Assembly: GCA_964016885.1 (NCBI GenBank)
Contig: OZ024740.1
Span: 68,758,001 to 68,822,000, forward strand
DNA: 64,000 nt
Direction of reading: 5' to 3'
Origin: Eledone cirrhosa
Taxonomy: Eukaryota
Position 1 is the first letter of the stretch, and every line of letters begins with the position of its first letter. The position numbers were made by a program, and so were the translations under genes. The notes under the pieces are model-generated. The model was given only the letters and a program-made list of their open reading frames with translations, had not been told where the DNA came from and searched no databases. Below are positions 13,510-28,030 of the stretch, piece by piece.

Positions 13510-16500
13510 GTTTATATATCCTCGGATCCTCGGATGTATAAGTGTGAGGTTTTGTATATACATGTTAATTGTTTTTTTTTGTAAATACTGTGTACACGTG
13601 TGCGCGGGTACAGGAAATTACTGGGGTGGCGTCCAGGCGCGCAGATAACCCACTGGGAGTGAGTTGCTCCCTTAACTGTTGTCACAATACTTCTGTAGGA
13701 GAGGGGAACTCCGAATAAATACCTGCGATGTTGATGGCACCTGGTTATGCTGACCAGTTCTTCTTTTCGGTACATGCCCTCCATGCTCAGAGAGTGGAAT
13801 TAGTTCTGTGCAAAAAGTTGCTTCAAGCACAAGCATGACCTGATTGATTTGAACAAATACTGTGTTGCATTGTGGCAGGCCATAGCAAAAAAAGGCATAA
13901 ATATTCAATGATGAACCATGGTAATGTACGAATTAATGGCAATATGGGCTCTAGAACAGATGGTAAAAGGGTCTGGTCCGGCAGGTGCTCTATGGCACCG
14001 CAGCGTGAGCCGGGTCGTTATCTTGCCACTGCGAAGAAGTTAAAACCTATGAATATCGGTTGCTGGAACATCCAGACCTAATTAGATATGATGTCTTCAG
14101 AATCACGACCAGAAAGATGATCAGCTCTTATAGTCAAATATCTGGGACGATAACATATGGACATTGTTGCCTTATCTGAAACAAGGCTACTCGAGATGTC
14201 ACTGAGATATCACTGAGATGTCTAGTGGCTACACGTTTTACTGGAATGGCAGAGCAGCAGGACGCAAAAGCGAAGCAGGTGTGGCTTTTCCAGTGAAAAT
14301 GTCCTTGGTGTCGATACCTGGCCAGTTTCCAAGTGGCATCAGTGATTACCTCATGTCAATGAGAATTCATCTGGTGTTCAATCGTTACCTTATTATTGTC
14401 AGTGTATAAGCCCCGATGATGAATTCCAATGGAGACAAGAAACTTGCCTTTTACAGGTCTCTGAAGGAACTTGTCAAATAGATTCCTTCAGCAGACAAAA
14501 TTGTCGTACATGGTGATTTCGACGCACGCGTTGGCAGGTATTATAAAACTTGGGATGTGATCGGCAGACATGGCATAAGGAAATGTAACAGCAATTGTCT
14601 CCTCGTAGTACAGATGTGTGGAGAGTTAGATGTGTTCATTGCAAGCAGCATGTTCCAAAAGGATAAGTTCAAGACAACATGGATGCACCCTCTGTCAAAA
14701 GTGTGGCATCTAATCGACTATGTTATTGTGAAGAAACGTGACATGAAGGATATCAAGCATATGCGTGTTCTGCGTGGCGCAGAGTGCTGGACAGACCATC
14801 GTCTGGTCCGCGCCAAGCCAAACTACGTTATCAAACAAGAGCAAATGGTGTGAAGACCGTATGAAAGATAAGGGTCTCAATGAAGATCTGCGTCACAGCC
14901 TTGAAAGCAATGATTATGCGAACAACTGGAATGACTTCAGGAGCTCGGTCTATGATGTTTCAGCAGAGGTCCTTGCCTTTGTCACAAGAAAACACGAGGA
15001 CGGCTTTGATGAGAATGACCAGTTCAAGGCTCTGCTGGATACAAATCAAAGGCACTTAATGCAGTTCTTAAAGGTGGTATCTCTGTTGTTGATAATAAGA
15101 GTGTTACAGACAGGTAAAGAAGGAGATGCAGGTAAAACGCAGTGCCATGCAAAATACCTGGTGGAGCAACAAAGCAGATGAAGTGCAAGGAGCATCTAAT
15201 GGCAACAATGTGAACTGCTGCACACTCTACCCAGAGAAATGTATGACACTTTCAGCTCACCAGTGGCATCTTTGAGATCGAAAGATGAGAAGTAGTTACT
15301 GTGCGATCCACAAGACATCCTCGACAGATGGAAAGATCACTTTGATGAGCTCTTGATCCAGCCATTCCAGGATGATGATGATTTCATTTGTTGCATTCCT
15401 TTTGAACCAGTGAAGCTTAAGAGTGCAGAAGTTTTGAACTGCAGTGGCAAAAATTGCGCCTGACTGATCTCATGAAAAAGTTGTGGGAAGATGAGGGTCC
15501 CACAAGATTGAAAGGATGATCTCATGGTAATTCTCCATAAAAGAAAGGGTAGGAAAGTTGGTAAAGTCATGTGTCGAATGTTGATGGATAGTTTGATCTC
15601 AAAGGCTGCTCTGAAAATGTCTCAGTGTGGGTTGAGAAACGAAAAAGGAACAGTGGATATGATCTGTTCTTCTCGGCAGCTGCAAGTAAATGTATCGAAG
15701 AATGTATGGACCATTACCAGGTATTTATTGTCTTGACAAAGGAATTTGACACCGTCAATCGAGCTGCGTTGTGGACATTTTAGAAGGATCGTCTACCCTC
15801 CAAAGTCTGTCGAAATTTTGCGTCTTTTTCATGATGACATGAAAGCTTGGGTTAGTATTTGTGGTAGCATCTCTGAACCAATATCAGTTGAAAATGAAGT
15901 GAAGCAGGGGGACAGTCCGGTGCCAACTCTGTTTTCCTTATATTTTACGGCATTGTTTCTCATGGCATTTAGGAAAAATTGTTCGCATGGAGTTTACATC
16001 AGGTATCGCACTTTAGAAAGGTTGTTCAACATCAGGCGCTTTGTTGCAAGAAGCACAAATATATTAACATCTATAATCTGAGAGTTTTTGTATGCAGATG
16101 ACTGCGATCGTCTTGCACACTCACAAATTGACATGCACTATTACATGAACTCTTTTTTCTGACACTTGCAACGCTTTGGGCCTCACAGTAAGCTCGGAAA
16201 AGACTGTGATGATTTTGGACGGCTGAATGAACGTTTATGGTTCAGACGAGATATCACCATTGAAATCAAGGTAAACATGTATCTGACATGTGTCGTCTCG
16301 TTGCGTTATGTTTGTGAAACGTTTGTCACATAGAGAAAGAACCTCAAGGAACTGGAGAGGTTCACCAACAATCTCCTCGTAAGATATTTGGGGTGCGGTG
16401 GAAAATGTTCGTCAGTGATTTGTAAGTTATCGAACGGAGCAGGTGCATGAGCATAGAGAGCATGATCTTTCGGTATCGGTTGAGATGGTGCAGTCACGTG

Positions 16501-17125
16501 GCCCGGATTTCTGATGATCATATTCTAAAACAACATATCTACGGTGAACTGTTCGAAGGAAGGCAACCATCACAAAACCAAAATGCGGTACCGGGACTGT
16601 GTCAGGGGCACGTTGGCTTTCACTGGAATTTCATCTGACGAATTTGAGAAAATGGCTGAGGAGCGTGTGAAGTGGAGACGTTTGATCAAGTCAAGAAAGG
16701 AACACTTTGAAACTCGTTGAAGAGAACATCTAACACTGAAAAGGAAGGTGAGTAAAAGGGACTGTTCTGAAGTGCCTGCTGTTGAGCAACGTCTGGTTTG
16801 CCAGCACTATGGTCGAGTCTCCCTGAGCAAATCTGGTTTGATTAGACATGAACAAAATCATATCAGTAAACCTCATGTAGATTATGATCCTAAAAGGTGA
16901 AAGGAATGTGGCAAGAAATGTGCAAGCATGGGAGGTCTTAAAAGACGCGTGAGAATACACAATCAGAACCATGCAAAGGAAAGTCCAAGAAGGGCCTACA
17001 GTTGCCATATGTGTGCCAGGGGGTGCAAGTCTTTGGCTGGTCTAGAGAGCCACATTCGTGACTCACATATTTTAGCATTTTACTAGGCGATGACACTGGT
17101 CGAACGCGAGTTTGAAGCCAACATG
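13510..17125 (+). mobile_element. Decayed RTE-clade (BovB-like) LINE, APE + RT
   Basis: NIGCWNIQT, DIVALSETRL, GYTFYWNG, GDFDARVG, TWMHP..WHLIDYVIV, TDHRLV, KQGD..PTLF, YADD (16091-16102), RLRWCSHVARI. Many stops and frameshifts. (TATG)n tail. Confidence 0.9.
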
Positions 17126-18898
17126 TATGTATCTCTATGTATGCATGTATGTATGTATGCATGTATGTCTGTGTGTCTACGTATGTATGTAGCAATATAT
17201 ATGTGTGTATATATATATAATATTAATGTCATAGGTTACCTTATGATCTATTTTCAAACGTTATTTCAAATCCTGTGAAAAGCATCCCATCATTCATAGT
17301 ATTACACATCTAAATCTCCAATCTGAAATATTAGGGTAAATATTAAATTAAATACTTTTCAAATGTTAATTCGTCCTAATTCTATCTACATGCTTCTATT
17401 CTCTGTGGTTACCTATTAAGATTCAGTGATCCAATCAGCAATTACAAAATTAAGTACTTCTTATACTTACAACATCTTCCGCAGAGAATCGCATATTCAA
17501 AGTAAAATCTGTTATTTTGGCCGTCTTCGTTTAAAATCAAGGAATTAGCACCTCAGTTGAAGCATATATTTCATCATTAACATTTGATATCCGTTGCAGC
17601 GCTTCTTAGGTAAAATTGTTACACAGAACAATAGCAGCCCCGATACCCATCTGTGGAATTAGGATTTAGTTACACTCTAAATTTGTAGCGTCAAGTCTTG
17701 TAGCGTAGGATTTTCGTCTCACGCTCGTAAGGATCTTAGTTCAATTCCAAGTGCTGTGATGTCTCCTTGGTCAAGACTATATTTTATGTATCTCTAAGCT
17801 TCTCAACTAAGAAGAATGAGTCGTGTCAATAATTGAGAGGGCAACTGTTCTCGGACGTTATATTATGCTGAATCTCACTGAGAACTAGGTTAACGATACA
17901 TGTGACAATCAAACGGTTAGCAGCTTAAAATGTATTCTCCAAACTGGCTGTGCACTTGCTCAAACAAGGACCGAGAGAGTTCCAACAAGCACATGAAGTT
18001 ACATTTGCAAAGTGAAAGTAGTTCTTCTTGATGTATCAACCTGCTCACGTTGTCATGTTTTCAATAGTGCGAAAATAACTTTTTACCCTATAGCAATATT
18101 CTGGGGCGTATATTAGATACACATACTTGTATCAATTCAATCGTCATTCAAATCTTCTTCCATTGATTAATTAATTTCTTTGAATTATTCTCATATTTTC
18201 TGAAATACATCATACCAATTTGAAATCATTTATTATCATTATTATTTTTATTTTTTAAATTGATATTATCATTGTTGATTTTGTTGTATGAACTATTTGG
18301 CACTCAGATACTTATCGACTGAATGGAATATTATCTTTGAACAGAAATACTTCTATTGATCGGTGTTCCTTTTTACAAGACAAACTCGATTAGCTTTCCT
18401 TTATACACAAATCATTTTTTTTCTTCTGCGACTAAATTATTTCATTATATCTAGAATGAAATATCAAATCACCCAAGAAATTTAAGAATAGAAAATCATC
18501 TAATTCTACTCCACTTATCCAGAATAGGCAAATCGATGATTTACAAGATGATTTACTTGAAACATCTAAAATTTATAAACTTTTTCTCTACTAAACTTTG
18601 CTATGTATAATATGGCGCCTGATATTTTTTGTCACTTTTTTCCCATTCATTATATTGATGGCTATATTATCTCTTTTCTTCAATTATCTATACTCATTTA
18701 TTGATCTGACTACCATCAGAACCATTCACGTATATAAAAGGAAAGCAAATTGAGTCCATTTCAAGTTGAATTTCTGGCTTTATTTTCTTTGCTTTCGTTT
18801 TTTTAAAATCAAAGTATGCAATCTTATATTGTTGAGAGTTGATCTAAAATGAGAACTCTTGCTTCCCTAACACACACTCTCTCCCTCTCTACACTCTC

Positions 18899-19049
<151 letters not shown>

Positions 19050-20851
19050 CGTGTGTGCGTGTATGAAAATGTTTATATATACATATATAATTCTATAATA
19101 ATGATAAAACCTAACCTATATTGCCTACCGTTTCGACTCTTACCTAAACTCTTCAACGTATATGTATATAACTCTATCTAGATTTACCATATTTAAAATG
19201 GACGTAGATTAATCAAAATCCTGTCCTTAGATGGTTGGGATATAGAATAGCAGACTGGAATATATTTGGCCTTTGGCTTGCCTTTGTATTCTGTGTAATT
19301 CTAGTCTGTACTGTTTCTTGTTGATTTTTTTTTTTTCGTAAATACAATTACAGTTTTAAATATAGCATGATATATTCATAGTCTTGACTATCGTTTGAAA
19401 AATATGATTGTCATTGTTTTTACACAAAAATAGAAACCACATATTGTGTGACTGTGCAGTCAAGTGTTTCGACTGTGCAATCAAGTGTTTCGCTTCACAG
19501 CCACGTAGTTTAGAATTCAGTCACAATGCCTGACACCAAGCTTTCAGTCACTCTAAGCTTTGTGAATGCAATTGGGTAGACGAAAAACACTTTGGAAGCC
19601 CATATCTTAACCCTAACCCTGTAATTTAAAGTACCAAACTTGTCATTACTTGAGCCGCGTTAAATCCATTGAATATCAATTTAATGTTACTCGTTGATTC
19701 ATGAGCATGCGATTCCATTCATCGAAAAATAAGAATTCTTTTCGTCGAAACCGTCTGATGTCCATTCCCTTTAATGGGAATGGTCATCAGACGGTTTTTG
19801 AACTCAGATCGTTAAAGGACGTAACTATGCTGGAAAGCATGGCGTCCGACCTTCTACCGATACTGCCAATCCACCGCCCTTGTTTATGAATATAACGTTT
19901 AACAATCGGCGATGCTTATTGCACGAAAATTAGAGGTTCAATAAAACGAGATCAATAAAATAAATAGCAAAGTTTTGAAACCGGTTCAAATGAACATTGA
20001 AAGCACTATTCGTCGCAGTCTAAAACAAGAAAATAGTAAAATAGTAAAATTTTAGAAGAGCGATACTTCACATATAGGTCGATGGATGAGTCAAAAGAAA
20101 AATGAGAAATGTCCACTAATCTAAATTCACAATGAGGTTTGACTTCCATTTATCAAGCCAGTAACATTAAGAATGATCCTATGATAATTATGCAAGTGCA
20201 TGCCAATCATGCATATATCCCGAATGTAAACAAGTAGACCCCTTCCTAACAAGACATATATTTGTTTACACTTGTTCAGTGATGCATTAAACTCATGAGA
20301 CGCTTCTTCCACACGAATACCCTTGAGAAACATAACAACTGCCTATTTCCGGCATCTTGAAATACACTCCATTGTACATTGTCAGACTAAAAGAAAAAAG
20401 TTCAAAATATTGAAATTTAAGAGGAATCAACCAATACAGATGTCTTGAGGCATGAGTAAAGTCATTTCACATCACTTTAAAAAAATGGTATACTTAAAAA
20501 CACATTAACATGATATCTGATCACTCTTCATTAAATGCCTATGGCATTGTATCTAATGACAAATAATAATTCAGATCATTTAAATACAAGTGTTTTGGGA
20601 TTTTGAAATAAATACGTAAAGAAGAAATATATATATATATATAGGTGTGTGTGTGTGTGTATGTGTGTGTGGGGGACAAGATTCAGGACCCCGATGGCTG
20701 AGATCCGGCCTTTTCGACAGTTAGAAGCTTTTCATATTACCCACTATACTACACCAAATATTGAGTACTCTAGTGGGTTATGGTCCACCTGGTACTTTAC
20801 CACACCCATTATGACACACACACACACACACACACATATATATGCATATAT

Positions 20852-21290
20852 ATATTCAATGATATTAAATAAATGGAAACGATATTTATAAAACCATGTT
20901 TATTTATTATATATATTTCTAGGGTACCAAAACTTTGGTATGCTCTCATCAGATAAAATACAAATTTTGTTTTATAAATATTGACATAACCAGGAAAAAA
21001 TACCTTAACGGTTCAAGTGTTTCCTGGATAAACTTGAACCGTTACGGTATTTTTTCCTGGTTATGTCAATGTTTAAAAAACAGACTTTGTATTTTGTCTG
21101 ATCAGACCGTACCAAAGTGTTGTTACCCTTGAAATATATATAATATAATAAATATGGTTTTATAAATATACTTTCTATTTATTTAATATCATTGAATATT
21201 ATACTCCAGAAAACATGTCGAGTGCTTTGAATCAGTTATAAACATTTATATTTGTTGAATTACCAACAAATTGAATAGCCCTTTTTCTTA
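20852..21290 (+). mobile_element. Fold-back pLTR-like unit with two opposed hammerheads
   Basis: Palindrome 20852-21198. Minus arm TTTAT-CTGATGA...GAAA-TATATA-TA-ATAAA (20903-20957). The plus arm core is CTGATCA. Confidence 0.8.
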
Positions 21291-21317
21291 TATATATATA
21301 TATACATATATATAGGG

Positions 21318-21354
<37 letters not shown>

Positions 21355-21525
21355 CATATATATATATATATATATAGGGTCATATATATATATATAGGGT
21401 CAATAAGAAACACATGCACCAGAGGTGGTGTGTTTCTTATTGGCAACATGACCCCTCCAAAGTATAACAATATCGGTTTCAACACTCATTTTCAGATAAA
21501 GAATCTTGCTAAACAAATTCAGAAA

Positions 21526-21563
<38 letters not shown>

Positions 21564-21778
21564 TCGGACATTAATCTTAATTATCACTATATGTTATCAG
21601 CTTTCTGATAAACAATTCAGATACGTTTTACATTGTGTATAAAGCTGAATATTTATTTGCTGTTAATGTTCACACCTAATTTTCCACCAGTACTAAAACT
21701 GTTTCATTTATTTGAAATCTTACTTTAAAAGATTGAAGCATCTCAAGCCTTCTAGAACTTATTTTAAAATAAAATATA

Positions 21779-21960
21779 ATTGTTTTTACTTTTGGCACTA
21801 GGCCATCAATTATCCGAGTGTATTACTGGTACTTTATTTTATCGACCCCTTAATGATAAAAGGCAAATTAATCTCGGCGGGATTTGAACTCACTCTGTAA
21901 AGGGACGTAACTCCACGCTTGAACGCATGATGTCCGACCCTCTACCGATACTGCCAACCA
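21779..21960 (-). mobile_element. tRNA-derived SINE
   Basis: Homologous to 2811-3000. Confidence 0.8.
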
Positions 21961-22071
21961 TGCTTTCCTTCCATTCTTCTGCGGTTAATCATTCTTAATT
22001 ATACATATATACACACAAACACGCTCGCGCCCACACACACACACACACACACACATACACACACACGCGCT

Positions 22072-22128
<57 letters not shown>

Positions 22129-22892
22129 CTACATATCTAAATATATCGAAGTAATGTTTACATATTCATTTATTCTTGTCTGATGACCCTGTGGTAAACA
22201 GGAGAAACTCTGGAGTTACAAAACTCAATAGTTAGTCTTAATAAAATGAGTATATAATTATATATATATATAATGTGTGCGAATGTATGTGCGTATGGGT
22301 TGATATGTTTGTTTGTTTGTAGGATAAAACTCAATATCAAAAACACGTGGAACAAGAAAACTTGTCCCCAGTACTAGACTGTTATTTATTGACCCCGAAA
22401 GGATAAAAGACAAATTTGAGCTCCACACGATATAAACACGGATATCTGAGAGGCGGAATAATTACCGCAGAGACTCTAACGCCTTACCAATTTGATGTCT
22501 AAAATAGTATAATAGATTAAATAAATTGCGAAAGTGATTTGAAGGGGAGTAAAACATACTACAATTGTGAAATTTAAAAATATTTTATATTTATTTAAAA
22601 AATTCAGATTTAAATAGGACGTGTTGCCACATTTTATGTTATTCTCTGCGTTCTAAGTCTAGTGTTTATTTGCATATGTATATACCGTATATTATTTACT
22701 CATGTCTTTAATATTATACTAAATGATATATTATAAATTCTTTATTTTTAGTATAATTATTATGCACTTTTGATATGTTGATATATATTTATCTATTCTT
22801 CGATATTAAAAAATAAATATATTATAATGATTATTATAATCACCATTACAAACTTCATCATCATCACCACCACTACCATCACAATAATAATA

Positions 22893-23100
22893 ATTGTTTC
22901 TGATTTAGGCACAAGGTTAGTAAATGTGGGGGATGGGAAAGACGATTAAATCGGCCCCAGTGCATTATTGGTACTTTATTTCATCGACCCCGTAAGGTTG
23001 AAAGGCAAAGGTTACTTAGAGGGGATTTGAACTCAGAACGTAAAAGGCCGTAACTCTAGGCTGCAAAGCATGTTGTCCTACGCTCTGGTGATACTGTCTA
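22893..23100 (-). mobile_element. tRNA-derived SINE
   Basis: Homologous to 2811-3000 and 50520-50725. Confidence 0.75.
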
Positions 23101-23209
23101 TCGAATACGCTCTTTTTCATTATTATTAATATTATCAGTAAAAAACTAGTAATACACTGGGTTATTTCTGGCCTTGTGCCAAAAGTAGAAACAATTATTA
23201 TTAATATTA

Positions 23210-23485
23210 CTGCATCCTCCCATTTCCGTCCGTGTAGGTGGCACGACCAAAAGCACCCAGTCCACACTGTAAAGTGGTCGTGTCGGAGACACGGTAAAAA
23301 GGCTCCCAGTCCAACCTGTCAATGTGGTTGATGTTAAGAAGATCATCCTGCCGTAGAAAGCCTGCCAGAAAAAATTCCGTACGAGCAAGACACGACCAAT
23401 CTCCTTTCAAGTGGCACAAAACCGTCCACCCCATTCTAGCTTGGAAGATGAACGTTAAACGATGGTGATGATGATGATGATGGTG
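23210..23485 (+). mobile_element. SINE/LINE 3' tail ending in (GAT)n
   Basis: GC-richer island ending AACGTTAAACGATGGTGATGATGATGA, with an internal duplication (AAAAG..CCCAGTCCA). Confidence 0.45.
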
Positions 23486-23519
23486 TTTAATGATAATACT
23501 ATTAAGTGAAACTTTTTTG

Positions 23520-24150
23520 AATTCTGCTTCTTCCTATATCATGAAAAATGTCAGTCTGTCACCTTATGCAAAATTGGGTAATATAGGCATACGAAGGAAA
23601 CCATAAGTGCAAAAAGAATAAATGACATTCCAAGTTACAATTGATTATACTCTTCTCAAATGATGGAAAGTGCCAGTTAGCAGTATATTCTGTATATCTT
23701 TCAGGGACGATTTTCCAGGTATCTGATCCAAATATTGTGTTCCATTTTTTATCATTCGGGAACCGGCTGTTGTACAATCTTTAAAATGCCCCATTTCTTC
23801 AATTTCAAATGTCAGTACTCTACATTTACTGCTCATCACTGTCCTTTCTATATATTATTTAGATCATCCATATGAAAAATATGGTTGATTTACCTGTTGT
23901 CAAATTGAATACCCGTAACGTATTCTGTTAAGTTCGATTGAAATGGGTCTTAGAATTATGCAAATTGTTCGATGTAAAATTGAGTCACCTTGGAAAATGC
24001 CACAGTCGATATTAATAATGTTTGAACATAGGACTCCATTGGAACGTTTCAGAAAGTTGAAATTACAGGAGTAATTTTGAAGACGTCCAGCGATTTCAGA
24101 GACCACGAATGTGATATGATGTATACAGCCTTTCTGTAATCAATCTATGC
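23520..24150 (-). mobile_element. R4/Dong-like non-LTR RT fragment
   Basis: IDYRKA..SHSW, CGIFQGDS and FHMDDL motifs in decayed frames. Confidence 0.7.
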
Positions 24151-24377
24151 GGAGTGTTGCTATTACTGCTGGTTGGGGTTTTTCTACTCAAATCCACTTT
24201 TACCACTTTAGATTTTTTATAATCTTTTTAGATTCCACTAATATTATCATATAGGTATTATCAAAAAATTTCAACTTAGTATTTGCATCATTTACTCTAT
24301 TATTTTCTTGTATTTCTATTATTATTTATTTCCAATAGTCCTGACCACTTCTACTACTAGCACTTCAACAACCTATA

Positions 24378-24577
24378 TATATTATAAAGAACGAGGAATC
24401 GGTGTTGCATCATCTCACATTTATTAACATATTTAATAACATATGTAATATGTTAATAAATGTGAGATGATGCAATACTGGTTCCTCGTTCTTTTATATT
24501 ATTATACTCAGCTCTGCGCGACCATCGAGTGCTCAACAGGCATACCGCCTACCGACGCATTTACGTTGCAACTACAA
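24378..24577 (+). mobile_element. Fold-back pLTR-like unit lacking the ribozyme
   Basis: Palindrome ~24378-24500, then TACTCAG...CATCGAGTGCTC, ending in TA repeats. Confidence 0.65.
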
Positions 24578-24585
24578 TATATATA

Positions 24586-24640
<55 letters not shown>

Positions 24641-24836
24641 GGAGAGAGAGAGAAGGGGGCGGGGTAGATTAATTATTTTCTTGAATTGTCGAACATAAGA
24701 TTTAATGCTGAAATTAATGAGTTTGAATATTTTTTACAAATAGTTATTTACTATATTTATCTGAAAGTAAATATTCAATATATGTAAATAACTGTTTACA
24801 TTTTATTTATTTAATTAATTACTTTTTCAATTTCAG

Positions 24837-25458
24837 GAAGAAAATGCCAGCAACCATAGAGGGTCAAATGACGATAGAGAAGACTCCAAGTTATTTCATT
24901 ACAAAAGACGTACCAAGAAGAATATATAACATGTCAAAAAACATGAAAATCCTCATAATAGTTCGTGATCCAGTAACACGGGCTATCTCTGATTACACAC
25001 AATTGGCTTCCAAAGGAATTACTAAGCTACATCGTTTTGAAGACTTAGCATTTCTTAATCTGTCAACTCGCATTGTCGATACGAGTAGAAATATCATTCG
25101 TATAGGTGTTTACGCGAAATATCTAGAACGTTGGCTGCATTACTTTCCCTTGTCACAAATCCATTTTGTGAGTGGGGAACAATTGATATCAGATCCAGCT
25201 CGAGAACTCGGTCGTGTTCAAGATTTTCTAGGTTTAAAACGGATCATTTCGGAAAAGCATTTCTATTTCAATGAAACAAAAGGATTTCCTTGTTTGAAAA
25301 AATCGGAAGGAAGCGGTCACCCTCATTGCTTAGGCAAAACGAAAGGAAGACCACATCCAACAGTTGACATAACAATACTCAAACGACTCAGAGATTTTTA
25401 TCGACCATTTAACGAGAAGTTTTATCGCATGGTAAACAGAGATTTTCGATGGCCGTAA
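24837..25458 (+). CDS. HS3ST: Heparan sulfate glucosamine 3-O-sulfotransferase (HS3ST2/3/4/6-, Hs3st-B-like), terminal coding exon
   Basis: Intact frame with EKTPSYF, 3'-PB motif [44 protein letters not shown] and FYRPFN. Polypyrimidine + TTTCAG acceptor just before 24837. Confidence 0.95.
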
Positions 25459-25871
25459 ATTTAGCCCAGGCATAATCTACATCATCGCCAACCAACATAT
25501 TTTTTTTTGTTATAATCACCATCGTGAACTTCCATTGCCTCCGTTATCGCTGCTGTTGTGAAAGCACAGCTTATGTAGATGAAAAAAGTATTTTTTCTAT
25601 GAAAAAATATAACATGACTCAGTAAAACGAGAGAATTATTGAAATAAATTAAGTGGTAGTGGTTTGGTAACCAAGCCAAGATAAAATCCAATACGTTACC
25701 TCCGATTATTTTCTCAGAGCTTCTTAGATATATTTTTGAGATGTTATATATTTACGTTCACTCATGCAGACACACACACACATATAAACACACACATAAA
25801 CACACATAAGCACACACAAACACTATATATATATATATATATATATACATATATATACACACACACACATA

Positions 25872-25916
<45 letters not shown>

Positions 25917-26002
25917 GTTATTTTAATAAATATATATATATATATATATACATGTATATATATATACATGTATATATATATACACACACACACACACACA
26001 TA

Positions 26003-26062
<60 letters not shown>

Positions 26063-26420
26063 CATACATACATATTTATATACATATACATACATATATA
26101 TATACACATATACATACATACATATATATATATATATACATGTATATAAATTAGTAAAAACAATGAAATAAAAACAAACAACAGGTTCCTTATATTGAAA
26201 AAATCATCATTTTACGATCGTTTCTGGGATATATATGTGTGTGTTGGTTAGTATATCATATTAACGATTTATGTAAAAGAATATTACAAATTATCAGAGG
26301 AGATATACATACCTTCTCTAATATATGCCATCTTCATAGGGATTGGACACTACCGTTTATTTTGGTAGATTTATCTATATATATCTATGTGTATATATAT
26401 ATACACACACACGCACACAT

Positions 26421-26528
<108 letters not shown>

Positions 26529-26852
26529 TTGTGCGTGTGGGCGTGTGTGTGTGATTGTGTGCATCTAAAATATTGGTTTATTCTTCTTCTAACAATTTAG
26601 CTATACTGTTTCAGGATAGATAGTATCGGCAGCGATTTTTCTGAAGAGTTACTCTGAAGTAAAAAGGAAACATTTCTGCTGCAACATCATTGCTATTTTG
26701 TATGAAAATGAATAAATCAACTTATATAATATCTCTCTTATAAATATTGAATTCTCCCTCCTCAACTTCGTACTAAGAAGATCACTTGTTGAGGACCCCG
26801 TATGCTTGTATTAATTTATGAATGTCTCTCTCTCTCTCTCTCTCGCTCGCTA

Positions 26853-26904
<52 letters not shown>

Positions 26905-26924
26905 GCTATCTCTCTATCTCTCTA

Positions 26925-27052
<128 letters not shown>

Positions 27053-27053
27053 A

Positions 27054-27089
<36 letters not shown>

Positions 27090-27406
27090 TCGTGCGTTTA
27101 GTGAACAATGAAAATAAAACAAAAGTCAAAGAGAGGTTATTAATTAGTTCATTGTTTGCGATCGTTTCAGAGGGATGACTGATAATGTCACATCAATACA
27201 TTTTGGCTAACATGTAGTTGTTACAAAGCTACCTATTTCTGGTCTCCCAATCCATGATCAATTCCTCCGTCTTCCTCGGAAATAATGTATATCTATCTTC
27301 TATCTATCTATCTTCATAAGCATTATATTCTAATATACATCATGTATATATATAATTATATATATATATATTTATATATATATATAATTATATATATATA
27401 TATATA

Positions 27407-27497
<91 letters not shown>

Positions 27498-27564
27498 AAC
27501 GTTTAGCAAATAATGAAAAGGTTTCAAAATAAATTTTAAAAAATTGACTTTACCTACTATAGTT

Positions 27565-27647
27565 ACCTTTACCGATCGGTTTCGAATCCCAAAAGTAAAC
27601 GGAGGCCATACGGCCTTCGTTGCAAAGAAAGATTCTCGTCAGAAGGT
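27565..27647 (-). ncRNA. Type I hammerhead ribozyme (intact)
   Basis: ACCTT-CTGACGA-GAATC...GATTC-GAAAC-CGATCG-GTA-AAGGT. All three stems and the core match the consensus. Confidence 0.88.
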
Positions 27648-27984
27648 TCTTTTCATTCGAAGAATATAAAATTCTTGAATTTAAATTACGAACTAGCGCT
27701 ATCCAAAACTGTTCCCGAGATTAGAGTGAATGAAGTGGAATCAATTTTTTCAAGGGCCGAAGTAAAGATAGAGGGAGGTAGGTCAACCGGCTGCAACTAT
27801 CACTAGCAGCAGTCGGAACGACCAAATTTGCTTCCAACAATAGAGGAGTATAGTAATAATAGGATATGTGTTCCTTCACGCACAAGGCGCTAAGGGAGGC
27901 ATGTATTGTCCAAACAAATGCCAATGTGGTTCAATGGCAGGTTAATAAATTAACGAGCCAGAACATATATAAACAAGGTTTAGC

Positions 27985-28020
<36 letters not shown>

Positions 28021-28030
<10 letters not shown>

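Noticed and set aside
19607-19620. TAACCCTAACCCT telomere-like repeat
   Set aside because: Only two units, not an array.
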